Shown: in pieces, positions 1 through 11,700 of the stretch
Numbering within the stretch: the stretch's first letter is position 1
Layout: each line of letters begins with the position of its first letter
From: Chiloscyllium plagiosum
Lineage: Eukaryota
Direction of reading: 5' to 3'
Length of the DNA stretch: 64,000 nucleotides
Assembly (NCBI RefSeq): GCF_004010195.1
Contig: NC_057718.1
Location: 5,230,325 to 5,294,324, forward strand
Made by a program: the position numbers and the translations under genes
Notes under the pieces: generated by a model
What the model was told of the DNA's origin: nothing
Databases searched by the model: none
The model's input: the letters and a program-made list of their open reading frames with translations, nothing else

Positions 1-90
1 AGGATGGAGGGTGTGTGTGTGTGAGGATGGAGGGTGTGTGTGTGTGAGGATGGAGGGTGTGTGTGTGTGTGAGGATGGAGGGTGTGTGTG
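1..90. repeat. Tandem (GAGGATGGAGG(GT)n) minisatellite
   Basis: About 4 copies of a ~23-27 bp unit, directly visible. Confidence 0.9.
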
Positions 91-179
91 AGTGATAGCA
101 TGCTCTTTGTGCATACGTGAGAAAGAGAGTGGGGAGTGTGTAAGTGAGAGAGAAAGTGAGGTATCATTGATAGCTGTGG

Positions 180-1580
180 ATGAGGTGCTAGAAGACTGGA
201 GGGTGACTAATGTGGTGCTAGTATTTCAGGTGAAGCAAGGGAACGATAGCCAGTTGAACCTGGCATCAGTGGTGGGCAAGTTGTTGGACAGGATTCTAAG
301 GGACAGGATCTATCTGTATTTGGAAAGGTAAGAACCAATTTGGGATATTCAACTTGGCTTTGTGCTAGGAAATCATGTCGCACTAACTTTATTGAGTTTT
401 TCGAAGAAGTGATAAAGCAGATTAATGAATACAGGGTGGTGGAATTTGTCTTTTTGGACTTCAGTAAGGTGTTCGCCAAGGTTCTGCGTGGTAGAATTGT
501 TAACAAGGTTAGATCACATGGATTCCAGGCCGAGCTAACCATTTGGATACAAAAATGGCTTGAAGGCAGAACACACCGAGTGGTGGGGGAACATTGTTTT
601 CACGTTGAAGGTCAGTGACCAGCACAAAGATCGGTGCGGGGTCCACAGCTTTTTGTCAATCATAGAAATGATTTAGATGTGAATGTAGGAGGAATGATTA
701 GTAAGATCGCAGATGATACCAAAATTGGTGCTGTAGTGGACAGTGAAGAAGATTATCTCAGAGTACAATGGGACTTTGGTCAGATGAGTGGATGGACCGA
801 GGAGTGGCAGATGGAATTTAATCTAGATAAACAGGAGGTGCTACATTTTGGTAAGGCAAATCAGGGCAGGACTTTTACACTTAATGGTAAGGTCCTGGGG
901 AGTATTGCTGAATAAAGAGACCTTGGGGTGCAGGTTTACAGTTTCTTGAGAATGGAGTTGCAGGTAGACAGGATGGTGAAGAAGCCGTTTGGTTCACGAC
1001 TTTATTAGGTTGTGCATGGAGTATAGGAGTTGGGAGGTCATGGTGCGGCTGCACAGGACATTGGTTAGGCCATTTTGTAATACTGCGTTCAATCTGGTCT
1101 CCCAGCTATGGGAAGGATGTTGTTAAGATGGAAAGGGTTCAGAAAACATTTACAAAGATGTTGCCAGGATTGGAGGGTTTGAAGTATAGGGCGAGGTTGA
1201 ATAGGCTGGGGCTGTTTTCCCTGGAGCATCGGAGACTGGCAGGTGAACTGATAAAATCATGAGGGGCATGGATAGGATAAATAGACAAAGTCTTTTTCCC
1301 TGGGATGGGGCAGTCCAGAACTAGAGGGCATAGGTTTAAGGTGAGAGGGGAAAGACTTAAAAGGGACAACTTTTTTTCACACAGAGGGCCATGAATGTAT
1401 TGCATGAGCATTCAGAGAAGGTGGTTTAGACTGGTACATTATAACATTTAAAAGGCGTCTGGATGGATACATGAATAGGAAAGAATTAGAGGGATATGGT
1501 CCAAACACTGGCAAAATGGGACTAGATTAATTTAGGAGTTGGACTGAAGGGATTGTATCTATGCTGTACAGCCCTATGAC
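180..1580 (+). mobile_element. CR1-clade LINE 3' fragment, decayed
   Basis: RT remnants (FLDFSKVFAKV, KIADDTKIGAVVDSEEDYLR, WQMEFNLDK) with frameshifts, and a CR1-type 3' tail ending ctatgactct. Confidence 0.9.
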
Positions 1581-1584
1581 TCTG

Positions 1585-2052
1585 TGGTGTGTGAGGGAGA
1601 GTAGGGTGTGAGAGAGAGTGAGGTATATTTGTGTATGAATGAGAAAGATTGTGGTGTGTTTGACTGAGAGAGATTGTGGAATGTGTTTGTGTATGATTTA
1701 GAAAGTGGTGTGAAAGGGTGGGATGTATGTGTGTATGAAAGAGAGGGTGTGTGTGTGAGTGAGAGAGTGGTCTGTGTGTGTGTTTTGTGTGTGAGTGAGA
1801 GTGGATTGTGTCTCTGAGTGAGAGTGTGCACGCGCATGCATACGTGAGAGAGACTGGAATGTATGTCTGTGAGCAAGAGAAAGAGTTTGTGTGAATGTGT
1901 GTGTGTGTGCCAGAGAGTGGGGTGTGTGTGTGTGAAAGAGAGAGAGAGTTTGACTGCTTGTGTAAGCAAGTGAGACAATGGGGTGTGTGTGAGAGAGACA
2001 GCAGGGTATCTGTGTATGTCAGTGAGAGAGAGTTTTTGTGAATGTGTGTGTG
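1585..2052. repeat. Degenerate GT/GA low-complexity tract
   Basis: Mixed (GT)n/(GA)n runs. Confidence 0.85.
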
Positions 2053-2624
2053 TATACTATGGTTAAATCCAATTGTTTGCTTCCCCAGTGTTCTGACAGA
2101 TCAGAGTCCGCTTTTCCACCTCCCAGCCTCCAATCTCATTCCCAGTACGATCCTGGGCCAGACTCCTGAGCGCCACTCTCTGGTTGGCTGTTCAAATTTC
2201 CCTCTGTTATCCCAATGCACTATCCAGGAATATTATCAATACAGCCAATCTACTAAATCAGCTAAATAATGAACTGAGTTAGGCACAGAGCCAACAGCAA
2301 CAACTGCCAATTCCAAACCAGACATGAGATTTTAATGCATTGCGTAAAAAAAGTAATCATTTCCAAAAATATATACTTTTTCATTTCACAACATAAAATC
2401 AATCCTCATCACTTCAATAATTATACTGTGATCAGTTTTAATATAAAATGTTTGTGGTCAGTTCCACCAAAAATATAAACATCTTTTAACAAGTAAAGCC
2501 TTACTGAGTACTGTATTTGTGTTCACCTCAGTTTTTAAAAGTCATCTTTCTTGAAGGCAGATTAGGGCAAAAACAGATCCTAAATGGGGATCAAAACTGG
2601 CCACTGAGGGAAGCAGATTGAGGG

Positions 2625-2995
2625 CTAATCAATAATCTGACTGAGGGGTTCCAAGGCGTTTATATGTAGAATATCTGATACCTTGAAATGAATTATAAAC
2701 CCAAATCTAATCAAGGGGTTCCGAGGTGTTTGTATGGAGAATAACAGATAATCGGGAGTAAATTACAGGCTGGAATCTAATTGAGGGGTTCAGGATTGTT
2801 TGTTTATAGAGCATCAAAAACCTGGGACAGAGTTACAGACTGAAATCTAATCAAGGGGTTGAGGGTGGTTTATATATAGAATAACATATTCGGGAGTGAG
2901 TTACAGTCTGGAATCTAATCAATAGGGTCAAGATGGTTTATATACAGAACAACAGATACCTGAGAGTGAGTTACAGGCTGGAATCTAATTGGAGG
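2625..2995. repeat. ~69-70 bp tandem repeat, about 6 diverged copies
   Basis: The motif aatctaatcaaggggtt...tatatagaataacagata...gagttacaggctgg recurs near 2633, 2704, 2773, 2843, 2912 and 2982. Confidence 0.85.
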
Positions 2996-3000
2996 ATTTA

Positions 3001-3340
3001 GAATTAGAATCCCTACAGTGTGGAAACAGGCCTTTTGGCCCAACAAGTCCGTACTGACCCTCCAAAGAGTATCCCACCCAGACCCGTTCCCTTACATATC
3101 CCCCTGACTCATGCACCTAACCTACACATCCCTGAACAGTTTGGACAATTTAGCATGGCCAATCCACCCAACCTGCACATCTTTGGACTGTGGGAGGAAA
3201 CCAGAGCACCTGGAGGAAACCCATACAGACACGGGGAGAATGTGCAAACTCCACACAGACAGTCGCCCGTGGCCGGAATCAAACCCAGGACCCTGGAGCT
3301 GTGAGGCAGCAGTGCTAACCACTGAGCCACTGCACCACCC
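3001..3340 (-). mobile_element. tRNA-derived SINE (HE1/V-SINE-like)
   Basis: Minus strand has A box GGCTCAGTGGTTAGCAC, a B-box-like GGGTTTGATTCC, and central GTGTGGAGTTTGCACATTCTCCCCGTG...GGTTTCCTCCCACAGTCCAAAGATGTGCAGG with a CR1-like tail. Confidence 0.85.
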
Positions 3341-4444
3341 CTTTTTTTGTGTGGGAAAGGGTGGATTAATGATTAACTGAGAATACATAACAAGTAGAAA
3401 CCCAATTGACGTGTACAAATTATTGTCACAAGAAAATAATCTAGGTGCGTGTTACAAATGGGGATTTAATTGTGGGAGTCTCCAGAAATGTGTCAATACT
3501 TGTAAAGTGAACTGGAGGAGGCCATTCAACCCTTGAGCCAATTCATGGCTTTCTGCATTTCAACTCCATTCAGCCCCTTCTTTCCAAATCCCTTGATATT
3601 CTTACGAACAAAAATTGATCAATCTCAATTTTGAAATCTCCTGTTGGATAAAATATCCCCCTTTGCATTCCTCTTTTGTGGAGAAGTGTTGGCTGATTCA
3701 CTCCTAAACCTGATTTACTCCTTGACGACTTATTGCTATTTTTAAGGTTAGAATCAGACAGCACAGAGGGAAGTCATTCATTCCCTCATGTCCATACTAA
3801 CTCCTTGGTAGAGCTGATCAGGATGGCCCACCCCCCCCTTGCTGTTTAACCACTGGTCATTTATTTCCGCTACAAGTGTTTCACCCATGTGAAAGGATGA
3901 GAGGGCACAGGTTTAAATTAATCAATAAAGGTAGCAATAAGTGGTATGAGGAAGTTCATTATCACACAGAATGGAACACACTGCCTACAACTGAGGCAGG
4001 TTCACGTGAACCACTGAAAAGGAAATGGGTTATTACCATGTGCAGGGTTGCAGGGAGAGACGAGAGAGTGACACTAGGTGAGGTGTCTATTTCAAGAGTC
4101 AGTGCAGCAAAGGATGGGCCAAATGGCCACCATTGACACAGTAATAACTGTGAGGTTCTTTGGATTCCCCTAAGTTTGAAATTGATTGAATTGGTTTAGT
4201 ACAGAGAGACAGGCTTCCAAAATAATTTGGAATACATGCTGTAAAATGTATAATGTGCTTTTGTCCAAAGGTGTTGCAGATTTAATAGCATAACAGTGGT
4301 AGAAAACAATGTATTTACATCAATATATATAAAATCTATTTTTAAAAGTGTCAAAATTCAATGTAGGCAACTTGAGTCTTTCCGATCTGCTTCTGAATGC
4401 CCTGTCACCTGTGGCTCCTCAATAGAATGTAGGGCAGCAGCGGG

Positions 4445-5714
4445 TTATTGAAAGACTTGGTGAAAGCGGGGCAGAGGAGTTGGTGTGAGCAAGGAGGGGA
4501 AGGCTGGCGAGACTTGTTGAAGTTGGGTCAAATTCAAACCAGTGGCCGGGACACCCCCTTCCTGCTGCAGCTGCTGCTCGCAGAGGGGACCAGCCCTCTG
4601 CCCGGTCTCTCCTTGGCAATATGACAGCGCTGCATCGCCACCTTGACGCTGGTCGCTGGCACTAGGAGGCGGGAGTCCAAGCAAACAAGAGATGTCCGTG
4701 GAATTCATGTTCAGGGGCTTGATATCTTTATGCATGGTGCTGACACAGTCCGTGGTGTTCAGGGAGACGGTCAAAGTTTCAAAGCCAATGTCCGAGCTAT
4801 CCTTATCTGGCGCTGATTGGGATTCGAGCCCGGGTATATCTCCAGGTAAACTCACATTGTAGCTCCTTGTGCCAATCTTTGTAGACTTGTCTTTGCCGTG
4901 CAAGGGGCTATAGGAGGAACTGTTGAGCTGGTATCGTGGGGGATGCATACAATGGCTTGGAGGGGGTGGCACGGGAGGAGAAAGTATTGGAGATGGCATC
5001 TCCATGATAGTCCACCTTGTCCCCAGTGAGCTGGGCACCACGTGGTGAGTCTTTCTTGTGTGCTGCCTGAATGGTGAGGGATAGGTGTAGAGTTCAGTGC
5101 TCATGTTAGCATTGCCCTTCTGCTCCAGCTCATCGGGAGGATCAGGCCAGGCACCAGCCATCTCCTCCTTCAGGGAGGTGGGGAAGGCACCACTCATGGG
5201 CACCACCGCCCTGTCAGCCTCTGACCGCCCCTTCAGCAGCTCCTGGGCGTGGCTCTTCTTGGTGTGCCGCGTTAAGTGGTCCTTCCGGCCAAAGCGCTGT
5301 GAACAGAACTGGCAGAGGAAGTCCTTGCGCCCCGTGTGGACCACTGTGTGCCGCCTGACATCCTTGCGGGTGTAGAAACGGCGCTCACAGCGATCGCAGG
5401 CGTGACGTTTCTCCCGGGTGCTGCTGGCCAGCCTGCCCGCGTGGCCCTTCAGGTGCTCCAGGAGCTGGTCCAACTGCCCAAACTCACGGGCGCACACCCC
5501 ACATGTCAGGTCACCGCTGGTGGCTGTGTGCCACGCCAGGTGCCGCCTATAGCCCAGCTTGGTGTTGTACCTCTTGCCGCACTCGCCACACCTGAAGAGA
5601 GTCTTGTTGGGGTTGTGGGTCTGAAGATGGTTCTTGAGGTGGTCCTTCCGATGGAACATCTTCTCACAGTGTGAACATCGGTGAGGCTTCTGAGGGCAGT
5701 GACTGGCCATGTGT
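4445..5714 (-). CDS. PLAGL1: PLAGL1 terminal coding exon: end of ZF2, ZF3-ZF7 and Pro/Ser/Gln-rich transactivation region
   Basis: Translation [33 protein letters not shown]...[10 protein letters not shown]...[10 protein letters not shown]...[26 protein letters not shown], ending LPRFHQVFQ* (PLAG-family C-terminus). Acceptor cccttcag|A at 5715/5714. [10 protein letters not shown] and LTRHTKK match PLAGL1 as I recall it. Confidence 0.95.
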
Positions 5715-8700
5715 CTGAAGGGGCAAGCACACCAGGACTTTTCTTAGAAAACTCTTTCACCAAAGATCCTCACACAGCACCTTCCAAACCCACAACCACT
5801 TCTATCTAGTAGGGCAAGGGCAGCAGATACATGGGAACACCAGCCTTTGTAAGTTTCCCTCCAACCCATTCGCCATCCTGACTTGGAAATATATCGCTGT
5901 TCCTGGGTTGAAATCCTGGAATTCTCTCCCTAAGGGCATTGTGGATCTAGCTACAGCGCATGGACTGCTGCAGTTCAAGGAGGCAGCTTATCCCCACCTT
6001 CTCAAGGGGGAAACTAGGAACAGGCAATAAATGCTGGCCCCACGAATGAATAAACCAAAAAGGAAGATTAAAAAGGAAAGCAAGGTCTCAAATCTTCAGT
6101 TATGAGGGAGGTTTAATATGCTGATCCCCAAAGGACTCTGGTGAGGAAACCTACACACCCACTGAGGAACCATGTTCTCTGAAGACTGGGAGCAATAGAC
6201 TCATCCTGATTAGCTTCAATACACTACACCCCCCTCGATATGTGGCTGCTCTCTCAGATCAGAATGTGGCTGTCAGGTCGTGAACACAGATTCAAACCAT
6301 TCAAAGCCCAAACTTAATCCCAATATCAGGAAGGTAGCATCAGTATGAGATTAGCCAACTCAGAAGAGACTTCCGAGTTCAACAGTGGTGGCAAAATTCC
6401 TGGAATCGTTTGAGAGGCTTAGAAATAAATTCAGGTGTCGGCCATTCAGCTCCTCTAGCTGATTACAGTTTGTATGCAACCTCAATTTCATTTCTCCACC
6501 CAAAATCCATAGCCCTCAGTTCCCTTGGGGTCCAAAAGCCCATCTATCTCAGCCTTGTAAATATTAATGACTAAGTCCACAGGCATCTAGCACAGAGCGT
6601 TCCAAAGATTCACCTGTTAAAATGAAGACGTTCTTCTTCATTCTCATCCTAAATGGCCGATCACATATACTGAGACTGTGATGCCTAGTTCCTACACTTG
6701 CTGGCTATGGAAAGTGCCCATCAATACACCCTTTGAAGTTTTAATGAGATCACCTCTCATTCTTCTAAATTCTCCAGGATATCGGTCCATCCTGCTCTGT
6801 CTCTCCAAACAGGGACAGCCTTACCTCAGGTGTCAGCATATTTATCCTGTGATGGCTAAAATGAACAAGTGGTCATCCTGACTGGATCTTCAGATTGAGA
6901 TACAGTCTTGGCCAAAAAGATTCAGACTGAAGTCAAGGCCAATCAGGAACAAATAAGGTGGTGACTTCAACATAGTTTCTCAAAATCTGGTGGAATATTG
7001 ATACTTTCTAATCAACCCAGTCAGAGACGCACCTCTCGGGCAGGTAGGACTTAGACACAAGATGCCTGGCTCTGAGGTAGGGACACTACCACTGCATCAC
7101 AAGAGCCCCAGCCAGAGGATTCTAGGAAGACAGGTTTCTACAATTTACCCAGAAACCATTTAGATATTCATTGGGGTATCTCAGTTGCTTTCTATTATCA
7201 GGTAATGTCAAAGAAAGCAGTTCACTCCATCAAAAAGATCAACACAATTAAGGTCTCAGTCTTTATGAGATACTCTCAACACCCTAGTGACTGCTCATCC
7301 CTCAGCCAACATGACTAACCTGATTACCCTCTATTATCGCATTACTATTTGTGACATCTTGCTCTGCTAACTTTTGAACAGTGCTAAATGATTGCAAGAT
7401 CTTCCTTATTTCCCAGCTCTCTGAAGTTTCCTTGCTTCATGCTTAGATCTGCTAATCGATTGTTGTTTTTTTTTTAAATTATTCACTCCTGAGGTGTTGC
7501 TGGCTGGGCCAACATTTATTGCACATTCCTAATTGTCCAGTCAAAATTCAACCACAATGCTGTGGCTCGGGAATTACATTTAAGCCAGACCAGGTAAGGA
7601 TGGCACTTTCCCTCCCTGAAGGATATTAATGACAAAGATAGTTTATTTTATTGGAATCAACAGGCTTGCATTTAATTCAAAATTTTATTGATTTCCAATG
7701 GAACCATCTATCAAGGTGGGATTCGAACCCATGACCCCAGAATCTTAGCCTAAGGTTCTGGATTGCTATTCCAATGACATTACTACTTTGCCATTACCTC
7801 TGCAAAAAGATTTTTAATCAGTCTGTTCTCTGGTATTTTGACACATCTCTGGAGCAGATGGGGTTTGAGCCCAGGCCTCCTGGCCTAGAGGTAGGGACAC
7901 TACCAATGCACAAGAGATAGCGAATGCTCACTGTGGTGAGTCAATAACACCATTATTGGTGTATGATATCACTGATAGAAGGTGTACCTGCTTGATTTTT
8001 ATTCTCATGGCACATGGGCATCACTGGCTGTGCCCAGCATTTATTGCCCGGCTCTAGTTGCCCCTTGAGAATGTGGGGGTGAGCTGCCTTCTTAAACCGC
8101 TGCAGTCCACGCGCTGTGGGTGTACTCACAATGCCCTAAAGGAAGTAGTTCCAGGATGCTGACCTAATGACAGTGAAGGAACGGTGATATATTTGCAAGT
8201 CAGGATGGTGAGTAGAGGGGAACTGGCTGGGGGTGCCCTTGTCCTTCTAGATGGAAATGGTTGTGGTTGTGGGTTTGGAATGCGCTAGCTAAAGATCTTT
8301 GGTGAATTTCTGTAGTGCATCTTGTAGATAGTACATACTGCTGCTACTGAGCATCAGTGGTGGAGGGAGTGGGGGCTCGTGGATGTGGAGACAATCAAGG
8401 GGCTGCTTTGCCCTGGATGATGTCAAGCTTCTTGAGTGTTGTTGGGGCTGCCTCCATCCAGGGCAAGTGGGGAATATTCCATCACACTCCTGACTTGTGC
8501 CTTGTAGATGGTGGATTGGCTTTTGGGAGTCAGGAGGTGCGTCAGTCGCCTTAGTATTCTCAGCCTCTGACCTGCTCTTGTAGCCACTGTGTTTATGTAG
8601 AGAGTCCAGTTCAGTTTCTGATCAATGATAACTCCCAGGATGTTGATAGTGGGGATTCAGTGGTGGAAACAGCATTGAAAGTCAAGGGACGGTGGTTGGC

Positions 8701-11700
8701 TTGTCTCTTATTGGTGATGATCATAGACTGGCATTTGTGTGGCACCAATGTTACTTGCCACTTGTCAGCCCAAGCCTGGATATTGTCCAGATCTTGTTGC
8801 ATTTGAACATGGACTGCTTCAGTATCTGGGGAGTCATGAATGGTGCAATCATTGGTGAACTTCCGATCTTATGAAGGAGAAAAGGTCATTGATGAAGCAG
8901 CTGAAGATGGTTGAGCCGAGTAGACTACACTGGAGAACTCCTGCAAAGGTGGCCTGGAATTGAAATGACTGACCTCTAACAACCAAAACAATCTTCCTGG
9001 GAGTCAGGCATGACTCCAATCAGCAGAGAGTTTGCCCCCAATACCCACTGATTCTAGATTTTTCAGGGCACCATGATGCCACACTCGGTCGAATGCAGCC
9101 TTGATGACAAGGGCTGTCACTCTTACCTCCCCTCTGGAATTCAGCTCTTTTGTCCATGTTTGAATCAAGGCTGTAATGAGGTCAGGAGCGGAGTGGCCCT
9201 GGCAGAACAAAACCAGGGTGCCACTGATGACACCTTCCATGATTGGTACCTCATCCACCATCTTTCACGTTCACATCCTCCACCAGAGATGCACAATGGC
9301 AACATGGCGTTCTGTCTACAAGATGCGCTGCAGAAAATCATCAAAGGTCCTCAGATAGCACCTTCCAAACCCATGACCACTTCCACCTAGAAGGACAAGG
9401 GCAGCAGACACATGGGAACACCACCACTCTGCAAGTTCCACTCCAAGTTACTCACCATCCTGACTTGGAAATATATCGCCATTCCTTTGGTGTCACTGGA
9501 TCAATATCCAGGAACTCACATACCAATGCTACAGATGACTCTACACCCCAAGGACTGTGGTGGTTCCAAACTCTAGCTCACTACCATCTCTGGGGAATGG
9601 GTGATAAATATCGCCCAGCCAGCAACATCCACATCACTAAGTTTCTTTTTTAAAAAAGGTGCATCCTGGTCTTATTTCATCCAATAGTTGCAATGTTTAA
9701 ATTTTTGCCAAGGCCTTTCACTGCACCAAAGAGAGAGAGAGAGCAGGAGACTGACCAAAACACTTGGCGAAAGTGAGCACTGCAGTTGCTGGAGATCAGA
9801 GTCAAGAGTGTGGTTCTGGAAAAGCACAGCAGGTCAGGCAGCATCCGAGGAGCAGGCAGGAAAATTGACGTTTCGGGCAAAAATCCTACATCAGGGATGA
9901 GGCTGGGAGCCTCGGGTGGGTGGAGAGATAAATGGGAGGGGGATGGGGCTGGGTAAAGTCCACATTGATGCCCTGAGGTTGAAGTGTTCCGAGGCGGAAG
10001 ATGAGGCATTCTCCCTCCAGGCGTCAGGTGGTGAGGGAGCGACGGTGGAGGAGGCCCAGGGCCTGCATGTTCTCGGTACAGTGGAGAGGGGAAGTTGAAA
10101 TGTTGGGCACAGGGTGGTGGGGTTGATTGGTGTGAGTGTCCCAGAGATGTTCTCTGAAGCGCTCTGAGAGAAGGTGTCCGGTCTCCCCAGTGTCGAGGAG
10201 ACCGCATCGGGAGCAACGATACAGTAAATGACATGTGTGGAGGTGCAGGTGAAACTTTGATAGATGTGGCCTTGGATGGAGATAAGGGAGGAGGTGTAGG
10301 TGCAGGTTTTGCAATTCCTGCGGTGGCAGGAGAAGGTGCCAGGATGGGTTGGTGGGGGCGTGTGGGCCTGACAAGGTAGTCACGGACGGAACAGTCTTTA
10401 CGGAAAGCAGATAGGGATGGGGAGAGAAATATATCCCTGGTGGTGGAGTCCGTTTGTAGCGGGTGGAAACGTCGACGGATGATGTGATGTTTACGGAGGT
10501 TAGTGGGGTGGAAGGTCAGGACCGGGAGGTTCTGTCCTTGTTGCGGTTGGAGGGGTGAGGAGTGGGACGTGGATGAGGTGCGTTGGAGGGCAATTTGCGG
10601 TCTTTAAAGAAGGAGGCCATTTGGTGTGTTCTGTGGTGGAACTGGTCCTCCTGGGAGCAGATGCGGCAGAAGCGGAGGGCTTTTGCCCGAAACATCTAAT
10701 TTTCCTGCTCCTCAGATGCTGCCTGACCTGCACCACACTCTTGACTCTGACCAAAACACTCGGTCAAGGGATGAGTGAAGAGAGGGAGGGGTGTAGAAAG
10801 GGAATTTCCAAAGCTGCAGCCTTTACCTGATCAGTTTGTATTTGGAGATGAAAGCTTTGGCGCAGTCATGGTGTGAGCAGACATGTGGCCGTTCTCCGCT
10901 GTGTGTACAGGAGTGAGTGGTCAGCTTGTCAGCACTGAGGAAGACCTTCTTACACAGTGGGCACGGTAGGCTCTTCTGCACTTTCATCACTTGTCCCTCC
11001 TTGCCTGTGTCCATCTGTCCGTCTCGTGGCAGCACATTCAGACCTGGTGGCCACTTAGCCTGACCGTCAGGAGCAGGACTGTCTGCCTTCCAGCAAATGG
11101 GCATATGATCTGACCCCAAGCACCCGGTGACAGCCAATCCCCGTACGCTCCCTTGGCCTGAATCACTGCAGGGATGGGACTCCAGCAAACTGAAGGTGCT
11201 GAACACGTGGCAGCAGCTGGAGCATTTCCACCGGCTAGCAGTCTCCGTCTGCAGGAGAAAGAACAGGCATTTGAGGTTAGAGTTACAGATATGCACCCAT
11301 CAAGAATAGGATTGTGCCTGTCTCAGCCAGCTCTGTGAAAGAGCTAGTCAAATAGTCCTACTCTTTGGAAAGCACAGGAAAAGGCTGTTAGAATTGTATA
11401 ATGGAATCCCTACACTGTGCAAGCAGGGCATTTGACCCATCGACCTTCCAAAGAGCACCCCAACGTGGAACAATCTCATCCACATAATCCAACGTTTCCC
11501 CATGGCTAATCCACCTCACCTGGAAACAATCCACCTGACCTGCACATCTTTGGACTGTGGGAGGAAACCGGAGCACCCGGAGGAAACCCACGCAGACACG
11601 GGGAGAATGTGCAAACTCCACACAGACAGTCAGCTGAGGCTGGAATCAAACCCAGGTCCCTAGCGCTGTGAGGCAGCAGTGCTAACACTGAGTCACCCTT

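Noticed and set aside
1574..1978. His/Thr-rich 134-aa ORF (and Val/Cys-rich ORF at 26174-26566)
   Set aside because: Translations of GT/CA low-complexity sequence.
5097..5674. Plus-strand ORFs antisense to the PLAGL1 finger exon
   Set aside because: Shadow ORFs of GC-rich coding sequence with no recognisable protein features.
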